Part shown: in pieces, positions 8,649-16,045 of the stretch
Position numbering within the stretch: position 1 is the stretch's first letter
Layout of the letters: each line of letters opens with the position of its first letter
Assembly: GCA_037442925.1 (NCBI GenBank)
Contig: JBBIPG010000048.1
Coordinates: 1 to 17,684, forward strand
Direction: 5' to 3'
Origin: Candidatus Fraserbacteria bacterium
GTDB taxonomy: Bacteria; Bipolaricaulota; Bipolaricaulia; RBG-16-55-9
Length of the DNA: 17,684 nt
Notes under the pieces: generated by a model
Told to the model about the DNA's origin: nothing
Database searches by the model: none
What the model saw: the letters and a program-made list of their open reading frames with translations, nothing else
Made by a program: the position numbers and the translations under genes

Positions 8649-9297
8649 CGCTCGCTCGCAATGCCCCGATATTCTGAGCCACCGATGCCTTGCGATTGTA
8701 GATGCTCGATCCCGCAACAAGAACCCTCGCACCGGCATCCACTGCTAAGGGGGCTGTGGTCGTGTCAATGCCTCCATCCACGGCAATGGGTGTTTTCAGC
8801 CCGTGTTCATCGAGTATATGGCGTAAGCGTCGAATTTTTCCTAGTTGGCTATGAATGAACTTCTGCCCGCCAAAGCCCGGGTTCACGGTCATGATCTGAA
8901 TCAAATCGACGAGATCAAGTACTTCTTCGATGGCACTCAGAGGCGTGCTCGGGTTGATGGCCACGCCCGCTTCCACATCCAGCTCACGAATGAAGCTCAA
9001 CGTGCAGTGGAGATGAGGGCACGTCTCTTGGTGCACAATCAGACGATCTGCCCCGGCTTCTGCGAAAACATTCAGATATTTCTCTGGCTCCACGATCATT
9101 AAGTGCACATCGAGCGTTATGCGCACGAGCGAGCGCAGTGCCTTCACCACATCCGGTCCAAACGCAATGTTGGGCACAAATCGACCATCCATCACATCGA
9201 TCTGGATGGCTTCAGCTCCGGCGACTTCTGCCTCTTTGGCTCGCTCGCCTAGGCGCGCGGGATCCGCTGAAAGTATGGAAGGTTCAATCACAATCAT
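8638..9297 (-). CDS. rpe: Ribulose-phosphate 3-epimerase
   Basis: Start moved to ATG 9297 (AGGGGAG upstream). [46 protein letters not shown]. The first metal-ligand His is replaced by Gln (see findings). Confidence 0.93.
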   Translation of the reverse strand: MIVIEPSILSADPARLGERAKEAEVAGAEAIQIDVMDGRFVPNIAFGPDVVKALRSLVRITLDVHLMIVEPEKYLNVFAEAGADRLIVHQETCPHLHCTLSFIRELDVEAGVAINPSTPLSAIEEVLDLVDLIQIMTVNPGFGGQKFIHSQLGKIRRLRHILDEHGLKTPIAVDGGIDTTTAPLAVDAGARVLVAGSSIYNRKASVAQNIGALRASVKK

Positions 9298-10018
9298 TAC
9301 GCGTTCTCCCCTTTTTCGAATCTTCACGCTTACGGTGACGAATTCCGGCGCTACCGGCAACGATGACATCCGTCGCCAGCCCAAGAAACAAGCCATGCTC
9401 TACGATGCCCGCACGCTGGTCCAGCAACTGGGCAAGTTGTGCAGGCTGCGAGATCGGGCCGAAATCGCAGTCGAGAATGTAGTTGCCTTGATCCGTCCGG
9501 AACGGCATGCCTTCTTTGTTCTCTCGCAGCGTCACTCGCGCGCCCAGGGATTCCAGAAACCTCGCTTGAGAGCGCCAGCCGAAGGGCACAACCTCCACAG
9601 GCACCGGCCAGCGCGTGCCCAGCATGGGCGATAACTTTGACTCGTCTACAATGATGATCTCTCTACGACTGGCTTGTGCGACAATCTTCTCGCGCAGGAG
9701 CGCACCACCGCCACCCTTGATGAGATCCAAATTGGCGTCGACTTCATCTGCACCGTCGATCGTCACATCCACGGTCGGCTGCTCTTCGAGCGTCGTGAGC
9801 GGTATGCTCAGCTTTTGGGCTTCTGCTTCGGTGTGATGGGAGCAGGGAATGCCGACGATGTCTTTGAGTTGGCCGGTGCGCAACTTGTCCGCAATAACCC
9901 GCAGAGCATAGAGCGCTGTGCTGCCCGCGCCTAGCCCGACGATCATCCCCGAAGCGATGAAATCCACGGCGCGCGCAGCGGCCTGCTCCTTGAATTGATC
10001 AACGCTGTTTGCGCTCAC
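9284..10018 (-). CDS. rpiA: Ribose-5-phosphate isomerase A
   Basis: [50 protein letters not shown] start with GGAG upstream. Confidence 0.96.
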   Translation of the reverse strand: MSANSVDQFKEQAAARAVDFIASGMIVGLGAGSTALYALRVIADKLRTGQLKDIVGIPCSHHTEAEAQKLSIPLTTLEEQPTVDVTIDGADEVDANLDLIKGGGGALLREKIVAQASRREIIIVDESKLSPMLGTRWPVPVEVVPFGWRSQARFLESLGARVTLRENKEGMPFRTDQGNYILDCDFGPISQPAQLAQLLDQRAGIVEHGLFLGLATDVIVAGSAGIRHRKREDSKKGRTRNDCD

Positions 10019-10034
10019 TTCACCAACTCCCGAA

Positions 10035-11717
10035 TCACGATAACACCTCGCTCATCTTCTTCAAGCCACTGGCCACATCCTTCCCCAGATGGAAACAGAT
10101 CACGCGTCGCCCGGCGTTGAGTAATGCTTGCCGATCACCCAGTGCCTGAGCCAGCTTGAGAACTCCGAACGTGATGGATGATGCCTCCTCTCCCACTTCG
10201 TCGGGAATCTCGACATCTTTAGCCGCGTCCGAGGTGAATTGAATGAAGAGTCCGTTTCCACCGTCTCCCTTGTGGAGCTGTCCCGTCGAGTGCAGAAAAC
10301 GTGGTCCGTAGCCAAGAGTCGTCGCCAGCTTCAAACGATCCCGCAGCTGCGTGCGCAGTTTCTGCAAAGCAGCAGTTGTCATAGCTGTTGGCTGGATATA
10401 GGCTTGCCAAGCCAGATAATCTCCTGGCTTGGCTTCCGCTAAGAATGCATGGAAGGCCTCGTTGAGATTCTTCGCCGCCACGTCTCCATAGACGGTGATC
10501 CCGTTGGCTTCCAAAGTGGGCGCGAGTACAGGTAGAGCACCCTTCTTCCGGTAGGTCATTACCATCTGCCGCGCAAGCGCTTTGGCGGACTCGACGTTGG
10601 GCTGATCAAAGGGGTTGATGCCCAAGATGTGTCCGGCCACAGCTGTAGCCATCTCCCATCGAAAAAACTCTCCACCCAGATCGTAGAGGTCTCGGACATT
10701 CAACTGGGCCACAGCTTGCCCTGCATCAATCAGGGCTTGAACTTGGGTATCGTATGTCGTGTCCCCATCCAGATGTAGATAGATGAAGAGGCGGTCATCG
10801 CCGTAGACGCTGGGCGATCCCACAGGCTCGTCCGTCACGGGCAGAATACCCTTGCCTTCTTTGCCCGTGCTCTCGGCGATCAGCTGCTCCAGCCATGGTC
10901 CAATTGCGGCGATCGGTGGAGAGGCGATCAGTGTCAGCTTGTCCCTTCCGGCGAGAGCCAGCACGCCCATCACCGCGCCAAGTTGGGCACCCGCGTTCTT
11001 GCCTTCGACGGGACAGTTGCAACTCTCACAGTTGTACGCCATCGTGCGAGCGCGCTGCAAAAGAGTTGCCACATCCACGCCCATCAGGGCAGCAGGCACC
11101 AAACCATAATACGAGAGTGCGGAGTAGCGCCCGCCGATGTTGGGGTCATTCAAGAACGTCACACGGAATTTATATTTCTCAGCCGTTTCTGCCAGTTTGC
11201 TGCCGGGGTCTGTGATGGCAATGAAGTGCTCACCCGCACGATCTTCCCCCAGGGCCTTTGCCACCCAATTATAGAAGAACTTGAAGAATGAGAGTGTTTC
11301 CACCGTGCTACCGGACTTCGTAGAAACGATGAAGAGTGTGCAAGCCGGGTCGAGGCGCCTCGCGTGTTCTAACACAGCGCCGGGATCTGTGCTGTCCAAT
11401 ATGGCTAAATCAAGATAACCCGGCTTCACGCCGAACGTCAGGCGGAATGTCTCGGGCGCCAAACTGGAACCGCCCATGCCCAAAAGCAGTGCGTGTGTGT
11501 ACCCTTCTTTCCGAACGGCGTCTACGAAAGCATGAATCTGGGGCAGCGCGTCCACCATGACCTCGGGGCTGTGCAGCCAGCCAAGCCGGTCGGTGATCTC
11601 CGTAGGATCATCCTTCCAGACGGTGTGGTCATGCTGCCAGATGCGAGAGATAATGCTGTGCTCTTTCAAGTCCACAAGAGCCTTGTCCACAGCGGTTTGA
11701 TATTCGCCCAAGTTCAC
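10035..11717 (-). CDS. pgi: Glucose-6-phosphate isomerase, of the type found as the C-terminal half of Tal-Pgi fusions
   Basis: [58 protein letters not shown], and the C-terminal [16 protein letters not shown] segment; GTG start with GAGGAG upstream. Confidence 0.88.
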   Translation of the reverse strand: MNLGEYQTAVDKALVDLKEHSIISRIWQHDHTVWKDDPTEITDRLGWLHSPEVMVDALPQIHAFVDAVRKEGYTHALLLGMGGSSLAPETFRLTFGVKPGYLDLAILDSTDPGAVLEHARRLDPACTLFIVSTKSGSTVETLSFFKFFYNWVAKALGEDRAGEHFIAITDPGSKLAETAEKYKFRVTFLNDPNIGGRYSALSYYGLVPAALMGVDVATLLQRARTMAYNCESCNCPVEGKNAGAQLGAVMGVLALAGRDKLTLIASPPIAAIGPWLEQLIAESTGKEGKGILPVTDEPVGSPSVYGDDRLFIYLHLDGDTTYDTQVQALIDAGQAVAQLNVRDLYDLGGEFFRWEMATAVAGHILGINPFDQPNVESAKALARQMVMTYRKKGALPVLAPTLEANGITVYGDVAAKNLNEAFHAFLAEAKPGDYLAWQAYIQPTAMTTAALQKLRTQLRDRLKLATTLGYGPRFLHSTGQLHKGDGGNGLFIQFTSDAAKDVEIPDEVGEEASSITFGVLKLAQALGDRQALLNAGRRVICFHLGKDVASGLKKMSEVLS

Positions 11718-11743
11718 AACGTACTCCTCGTGCTGTAAGAGCA

Positions 11744-11803
11744 GGCGGCTGCACCCTCATCTTGCAACTTCTCGGTGACAGCCTTCAAGTCAAAGAGGAC
11801 TCC
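11744..11803 (-). pseudogene. Remnant of a transaldolase C-terminal helix (formerly fused to pgi)
   Basis: Minus-strand translation GVLFDLKAVTEKLQDEGAAA resembles the transaldolase C-terminal motif (G-x-D-L-x-x-V/I-T-x-x-L-x-x-E/D-G-x-x-x-F). No start codon, out of frame with pgi, directly upstream of it. Recognised from memory of the family. Confidence 0.6.
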
Positions 11804-11906
11804 ACACCGTAAACGTCACTTCCACAAGCGGTTTCCGTGGTCCCGCGTCCCGCGAGAACACAGCCAGAGTTGTCTTGGTTGCGCCGATATCCCCAGCCAA
11901 GAGCAT
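11790..11906 (-). pseudogene. glk: Truncated glucokinase (only ~32 N-terminal codons remain)
   Basis: 38-codon ORF MLLAGDIGATKTTLAVFSRDAGPRKPLVEVTFTVWSPL*, below the ORF-track cut-off. It carries the phosphate-1 motif L-A-G-D-I-G-(G/A)-T-K-T of Glk-family sugar kinases, has a purine-rich RBS-like GAAAGCGGGG upstream, and heads the pgi-rpiA-rpe operon. Confidence 0.8.
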
Positions 11907-11933
11907 AAAGACCCCGCTTTCTTACGTTGCCAG

Positions 11934-11963
11934 ATTGTAATCTCGGCCACTGGATCGTTCCAA
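11934..11963 (-). promoter_or_regulatory. Candidate sigma70-type promoter for the glk'-pgi-rpiA-rpe operon
   Basis: Minus strand TTGGAA (11963-11958), 18 nt, TACAAT (11939-11934); 27 nt before the glk' ATG. The -10 is overlapped by the inverted repeat AGATT-gt-AATCT (11932-11943). Confidence 0.45.
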
Positions 11964-11967
11964 CTGT

Positions 11968-11996
11968 TTGACGACTCATGACACCTGTGCTAGAAT
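11968..11996 (+). promoter_or_regulatory. Sigma70-type promoter for the pheS operon
   Basis: TTGACG (11968-11973), 17 nt, TAGAAT (11991-11996), with extended -10 TG at 11988-11989; predicted TSS near 12002-12004. Confidence 0.7.
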
Positions 11997-12006
11997 TACT
12001 CTTGCT

Positions 12007-12087
12007 ATGAAAAACCAGCCATTATCAAACGCGATCCACAAAGAGGTTTGCTGGTTCATTTGCTCACGGCCTTTCTTCGCCCCCTAG
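12007..12087 (+). CDS. Candidate Phe-sensing leader peptide (26 aa) upstream of pheS
   Basis: MKNQPLSNAIHKEVCWFICSRPFFAP*; ATG a few nt after the predicted TSS; three TTC codons in the last 10 codons including a TTC-TTC tandem; stop codon in the loop of a GC hairpin. Confidence 0.4.
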   Translation: MKNQPLSNAIHKEVCWFICSRPFFAP

Positions 12088-12191
12088 CGGGGCACCTTCC
12101 ATTCACCTAACCCAAACATGAAGAACAGAAGCTCAATTCATTGCCAAGCGATGAAGGCGTTACCATGGAACTCAAACGAAGGGATCAACAC

Positions 12192-13238
12192 ATGACGAAG
12201 CTTGCAGAGCTTGAGTCCAAGATCAAGCAGTTGCTCACCGAGAGCCAGGCAGATCTGGAACGATCTCAAACCCTTGCCGACTGCGAAAACGTCCGTGTGG
12301 CGTACCTGGGCCGCAAGGGCAAAGTGACCACGCTCTTTGACGAACTACGAAACCTCACCGATGGAGAGCGACCCCAAGCCGGTCGGTGGCTCAACGAACT
12401 CAAAAAGAAGATCGAAGTCCAACTGGAAGCGAAACGAAACCACCTGGCCGCTCAGGAGATCGATACGAGATTGCAGACCGAGCGCGTGGACGTGACGCTT
12501 CCTGGACGTCCCGTGCCGCGGGGGCGACTGCACGTCATCACGCAGACGCTTCGTGAGATCTATCGCATCTTCGGGTTGATGGGCTTTCGGGTCTATCAGA
12601 CGCCAGAGGTCGAGACTGACGAGTACAACTTCCAGCTGCTCAACTTCCCACCGGATCACCCGGCCCGCGAGATGCAAAGCACCTTCTTTACGACGCGTCC
12701 CGGCATCATCCTGCGAACGCACACCTCGCCCGGTCAGATCCGTGTGATGCGCGCTTTCTGCCCGGAGCCGATTCGAGTCATCTTGCCGGGTAAATGCTAT
12801 CGCTACGAGCAGATCACGCCTCGCTCGGAAATCCAGTTCGATCAAGTCGAGGGGTTGGCCGTGGGACAGCGCATTACCATGGCTGACTTGAAGGGTGTCC
12901 TTACAGAGTTCGCTCGCCAGATGTTCAGCGAAGCCACCAAGGTTCGACTACGAGGGAGTTACTTCCCCTTCACGGAACCCAGCGTGGAGCTTGACATCAG
13001 TTGCAATTTGTGTGACGGTCGGGGGTGTCGCGTCTGCAAGGGAACCGGCTGGCTTGAGATCCTGGGAGCGGGCATGGTCCACCCGACAGTCCTTCGAAAC
13101 GGCGGGTATGATCCAGAGAAATACTCGGGTTTCGCGTTTGGGATGGGACCGATGCGCATTGCGATGCTGAAGTACAACATCGATGACATTCGGCTCTTCT
13201 TGGGAAACGATTTGCGTTTTCTGGAGCAGTTCGATTAG
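12192..13238 (+). CDS. pheS: Phenylalanine--tRNA ligase alpha subunit
   Basis: Start placed at ATG 12192 (GAAGGGA at 12178-12184). YLGRKG, DVTLPG, HPAR, LRTHTS, FDQVEG, YFPFTEPS, Zn-ribbon CNLCDGRGCRVCKGTG, GAGMVHP, GFAFGMG. Confidence 0.97.
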   Translation: MTKLAELESKIKQLLTESQADLERSQTLADCENVRVAYLGRKGKVTTLFDELRNLTDGERPQAGRWLNELKKKIEVQLEAKRNHLAAQEIDTRLQTERVDVTLPGRPVPRGRLHVITQTLREIYRIFGLMGFRVYQTPEVETDEYNFQLLNFPPDHPAREMQSTFFTTRPGIILRTHTSPGQIRVMRAFCPEPIRVILPGKCYRYEQITPRSEIQFDQVEGLAVGQRITMADLKGVLTEFARQMFSEATKVRLRGSYFPFTEPSVELDISCNLCDGRGCRVCKGTGWLEILGAGMVHPTVLRNGGYDPEKYSGFAFGMGPMRIAMLKYNIDDIRLFLGNDLRFLEQFD

Positions 13239-13293
13239 AAGTCGATGGAGTCCCAGATGTAAATCGAACATCAAACAGAAAGGAGCGGCTCGG

Positions 13294-13464
13294 ATGGCGG
13301 AGGCGGAGAAGTGTCGTGTCTGTAAGGGCACAGGCAGGTGTCGCGGCTGCAAGGGACGAGGCGTGGTGATCAAGCACGCCGGAGCACCTTCGGAACGGTG
13401 TGTGGAATGCCAAGGCAGTGGGGAATGCCGGGTCTGCAATGGGTCAGGCCTAAGAACCGAGTGA
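13294..13464 (+). CDS. 56-aa zinc-finger protein with four DnaJ-type CxxCxGxG motifs
   Basis: AAAGGAG RBS at 13279-13285, ATG 13294; MAEAEK-CRVCKGTG-R-CRGCKGRG-VVIKHAGAPSER-CVECQGSG-E-CRVCNGSG-LRTE; the stop lies 4 nt before the pheT start. Confidence 0.88.
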   Translation: MAEAEKCRVCKGTGRCRGCKGRGVVIKHAGAPSERCVECQGSGECRVCNGSGLRTE

Positions 13465-13468
13465 AATC

Positions 13469-16009
13469 ATGCGTGTACCCATTCGTTGGCTTAAGGAGTT
13501 TGTAGAACTTCCCGTATCGGTGTCGGTGGAGGAACTGGCGCATCGTCTCACGATGGCCGGCATCGAGGTCGCCGCCATCGAGTATATTGGGCAGTCACCA
13601 CCCCAAAACGTGAAGCACGGCTTGCATGCGCCCTGGACGGGCGAGAATCAGTCATCTGGGAGGCTGACCTGGGATCGAGACAAGATCCTGGTCGGCCAGA
13701 TCGTTGAAGTACAGCCCCATCCCAACGCGGACCGCTTGGTTGTGGCGATGGTGGACTACGGCCAAGGTGCTGTGCCCAGCGTCACGGGTGCGCCCAATGT
13801 ATCCGTGGGCCAACGCGGTCAGAAGGTCCCCGTGGCTCTGCCGGGCGCTCGGCTGGTGAACGCCTACGGTGATGACCCTGCACAGATCGAAGTGAAGCCA
13901 GTGGGCATCCGGGGCGTCGATTCCCAGGCCGTGATCTGCTCGGAGAAGGAACTCGGCCTCTCTGATGATCACACGGGAGTGTTGATTCTGGATGACGATG
14001 CGATGGTGGGTACGCCTCTTTGTGAGTTGCTGGGCGATGAGGTTCTCGAACTGGATCTCACTCCCAATTTGGGGAGGTGTCTGTCGATCATCGGCGTGGC
14101 CCGCGAGGTTGCCGCGCTCACCGGCGGAAAACTCAAAGTGAAAGAACCCAAGTGGAAGCCCTTCGGGCAATCTATCGAGGGACAAGCACAAGTCGAGATC
14201 GCCGACCCGGATCTCTGCGCCCGCTACACGGCAACCATCATTCGAGATGTTCGTCCCAAGCCAGCTCCCTTCTGGATGCGTTATCGTCTGTTGCTTAGCG
14301 GGATGCGCCCGATCAGTGCGATTGTGGACATCACCAACTATGTGATGCTGGAATGGGGCCAGCCACTGCACGCGTTCGATTATGATAAGCTTTCGGAGCG
14401 AGCGGGAGGCAGGCCACCCAAGATCATCGTCCGCCGCGCTAAGCCGAGTGAAAAAATCACGACTTTAGATACAGTCGAACGGACGCTCACAGAAGATATG
14501 CTGGTTATTGCCGACGAGAAGGGTGCTATCGCCATTGCCGGCGTGATGGGCGGGCTCGAAACGGAAGTCTCTGATAGTACAAAACACATCTTGCTAGAGT
14601 CCGCTAGCTTCCATGCGATCAACAACCGCAGAACGGCGCAACGACTGCAGCTACCCAGTGAAGCCTCGCATCGTTTCAGTCGTGGAGTTCCTCCCGAACT
14701 GGCAGAACGCGCGGCGGTGCGCGCGGCTGAACTCATGCGTCGACTGACCCGAGGGGAGATCGCTTCCGGTCTGCTCGATGCGTATCCTTGCAAAGCGCCA
14801 CCCCGCGTGATTACGCTTGCCCCCACGGAGATCGAGCGCCTGTTGGGCATAAGCGTAAAGCCTGCCGAGATCAGCGCCAGCCTCAAGAGATTAGGTTTTG
14901 CGTGCAAGAGGCAGAAGGGCGCTCTCGAGGTGACGGTGCCGTATCACCGCCTGGATGTGGAGATCTCCGCAGATCTCGTGGAAGAAGTTGCGCGGATCGT
15001 CGGCTACGATCAGCTGCCCAGCACGCTGCTCAGCGATACCTTGCCACCGCAAAGGCGAGATCGCGCACTGGAGCTCGAAGAGCAAGTACGAGATATTCTT
15101 GTGGCTAGTGGACTTACAGAAGTCATCACCTACTCGCTTACCAGTCCCAAGAGCGTGGCCAAGCTCTATCCAACAGAGCAGTCTCCCCTAACGAGCTATG
15201 TGGAGCTGGAAAACCCCATCTCCAGCGAGCGGACGCACATGAGGCAGACATTCATGAATGAGCTTTTGGAGACAATAGCGTCGAACCAGCACCATCGGGA
15301 GCATGTTGCCGTCTTTGAGGTGGGGCGCGTATATTTGCCCGACCCCAAGAGCACAGATGGGTTACCCAAGGAACCACGGCGACTCGGGATCGCCCTGGCG
15401 GGGCTAAGGCGCTCTCCGTCTTGGGCCGAGAAGACAGCATCCGTAGATTTCTTCGATCTCAAAGGCATTGTTGAGACTCTGCTGCAACATCTTGGAATCG
15501 AGGGAGCGAAGTTCCTCCCCGTATCAGATCCTCCGTTTCATCCGGGGCGGTGCGCGGAGCTTAGTCTGAGCGGCGAGCGTCTGGGGGTGTTGGGCGAAGT
15601 CCATCCGCAGGTGGCTGAGCGCTTTGATCTCAAGGATCGAGTCTATCTAGCAGAGTTGGATCTGGAGCGGATGATCCCCCTCGCGGGTGAAGTGCGACCC
15701 TACCGTCCGCTTCCGCGATTTCCAGGCATCCGTCAAGATATCGCCGTGGTTGTGGAGGAGGGATTACCCCAGGAACGCGTTGAACGGCTCATTTGGGAAA
15801 GCGGTGGGGAGCTTCTTACATCTGTGAATCTCTTTGATGTCTATTATGGCGAACAAGTGCCACCGGGCAAGAAGAGCCTGGCCTATTCGCTCTACTATCT
15901 GGCGGAGGATCGAACGCTGACGGACCCCGAAGCTCAGGCGATCCATGCACGCGTTCAGAAGACACTTGAGACGCAAGTGGGTGCTCAAGTGCGTGGGCTG
16001 GAAAGCTGA
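13469..16009 (+). CDS. pheT: Phenylalanine--tRNA ligase beta subunit
   Basis: MRVPIRWLKEFV, PHPNADRL, GAPNV, CSEKELG, LDLTPN, VDITNYVMLEWGQPLHAFD, IAGVMGG, LESASF, DLVEEVARIVGYD, ENPIS, and C-terminal anticodon-binding domain FDVYYG...KKSLAY...RTLTD. Confidence 0.98.
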   Translation: MRVPIRWLKEFVELPVSVSVEELAHRLTMAGIEVAAIEYIGQSPPQNVKHGLHAPWTGENQSSGRLTWDRDKILVGQIVEVQPHPNADRLVVAMVDYGQGAVPSVTGAPNVSVGQRGQKVPVALPGARLVNAYGDDPAQIEVKPVGIRGVDSQAVICSEKELGLSDDHTGVLILDDDAMVGTPLCELLGDEVLELDLTPNLGRCLSIIGVAREVAALTGGKLKVKEPKWKPFGQSIEGQAQVEIADPDLCARYTATIIRDVRPKPAPFWMRYRLLLSGMRPISAIVDITNYVMLEWGQPLHAFDYDKLSERAGGRPPKIIVRRAKPSEKITTLDTVERTLTEDMLVIADEKGAIAIAGVMGGLETEVSDSTKHILLESASFHAINNRRTAQRLQLPSEASHRFSRGVPPELAERAAVRAAELMRRLTRGEIASGLLDAYPCKAPPRVITLAPTEIERLLGISVKPAEISASLKRLGFACKRQKGALEVTVPYHRLDVEISADLVEEVARIVGYDQLPSTLLSDTLPPQRRDRALELEEQVRDILVASGLTEVITYSLTSPKSVAKLYPTEQSPLTSYVELENPISSERTHMRQTFMNELLETIASNQHHREHVAVFEVGRVYLPDPKSTDGLPKEPRRLGIALAGLRRSPSWAEKTASVDFFDLKGIVETLLQHLGIEGAKFLPVSDPPFHPGRCAELSLSGERLGVLGEVHPQVAERFDLKDRVYLAELDLERMIPLAGEVRPYRPLPRFPGIRQDIAVVVEEGLPQERVERLIWESGGELLTSVNLFDVYYGEQVPPGKKSLAYSLYYLAEDRTLTDPEAQAIHARVQKTLETQVGAQVRGLES

Positions 16010-16045
16010 GAATCTATTGCGAAGATGAGCATACAGCGTCGCTTC

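Noticed and set aside
11917..11927. ACGTAAGAAAG (minus strand) resembles the core of the 17580-17639 repeats
   Set aside because: An 11-nt imperfect match, in opposite orientation relative to transcription and overlapping a purine-rich RBS region; likely chance.
11775..11981. ORF-track calls 11775-11981 (+) and 11785-11979 (-)
   Set aside because: No motifs or RBS; the region is better explained by the glk/tal remnants in other frames and the divergent promoters.
12079..12093. GC hairpin as an intrinsic terminator
   Set aside because: Only a 5-bp stem with no U-tract on the + strand; kept only as part of the attenuator hypothesis.
12001..12191. T-box riboswitch upstream of pheS (GCTATGAA start; AGCGGGGCACC resembles the T-box GGTGGNACC)
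   Set aside because: The essential UGGN that pairs with the tRNA NCCA end is missing, no AGUA/AG/GNUG boxes were recognised, and no terminator follows. An Rfam RF00230 scan would settle it.
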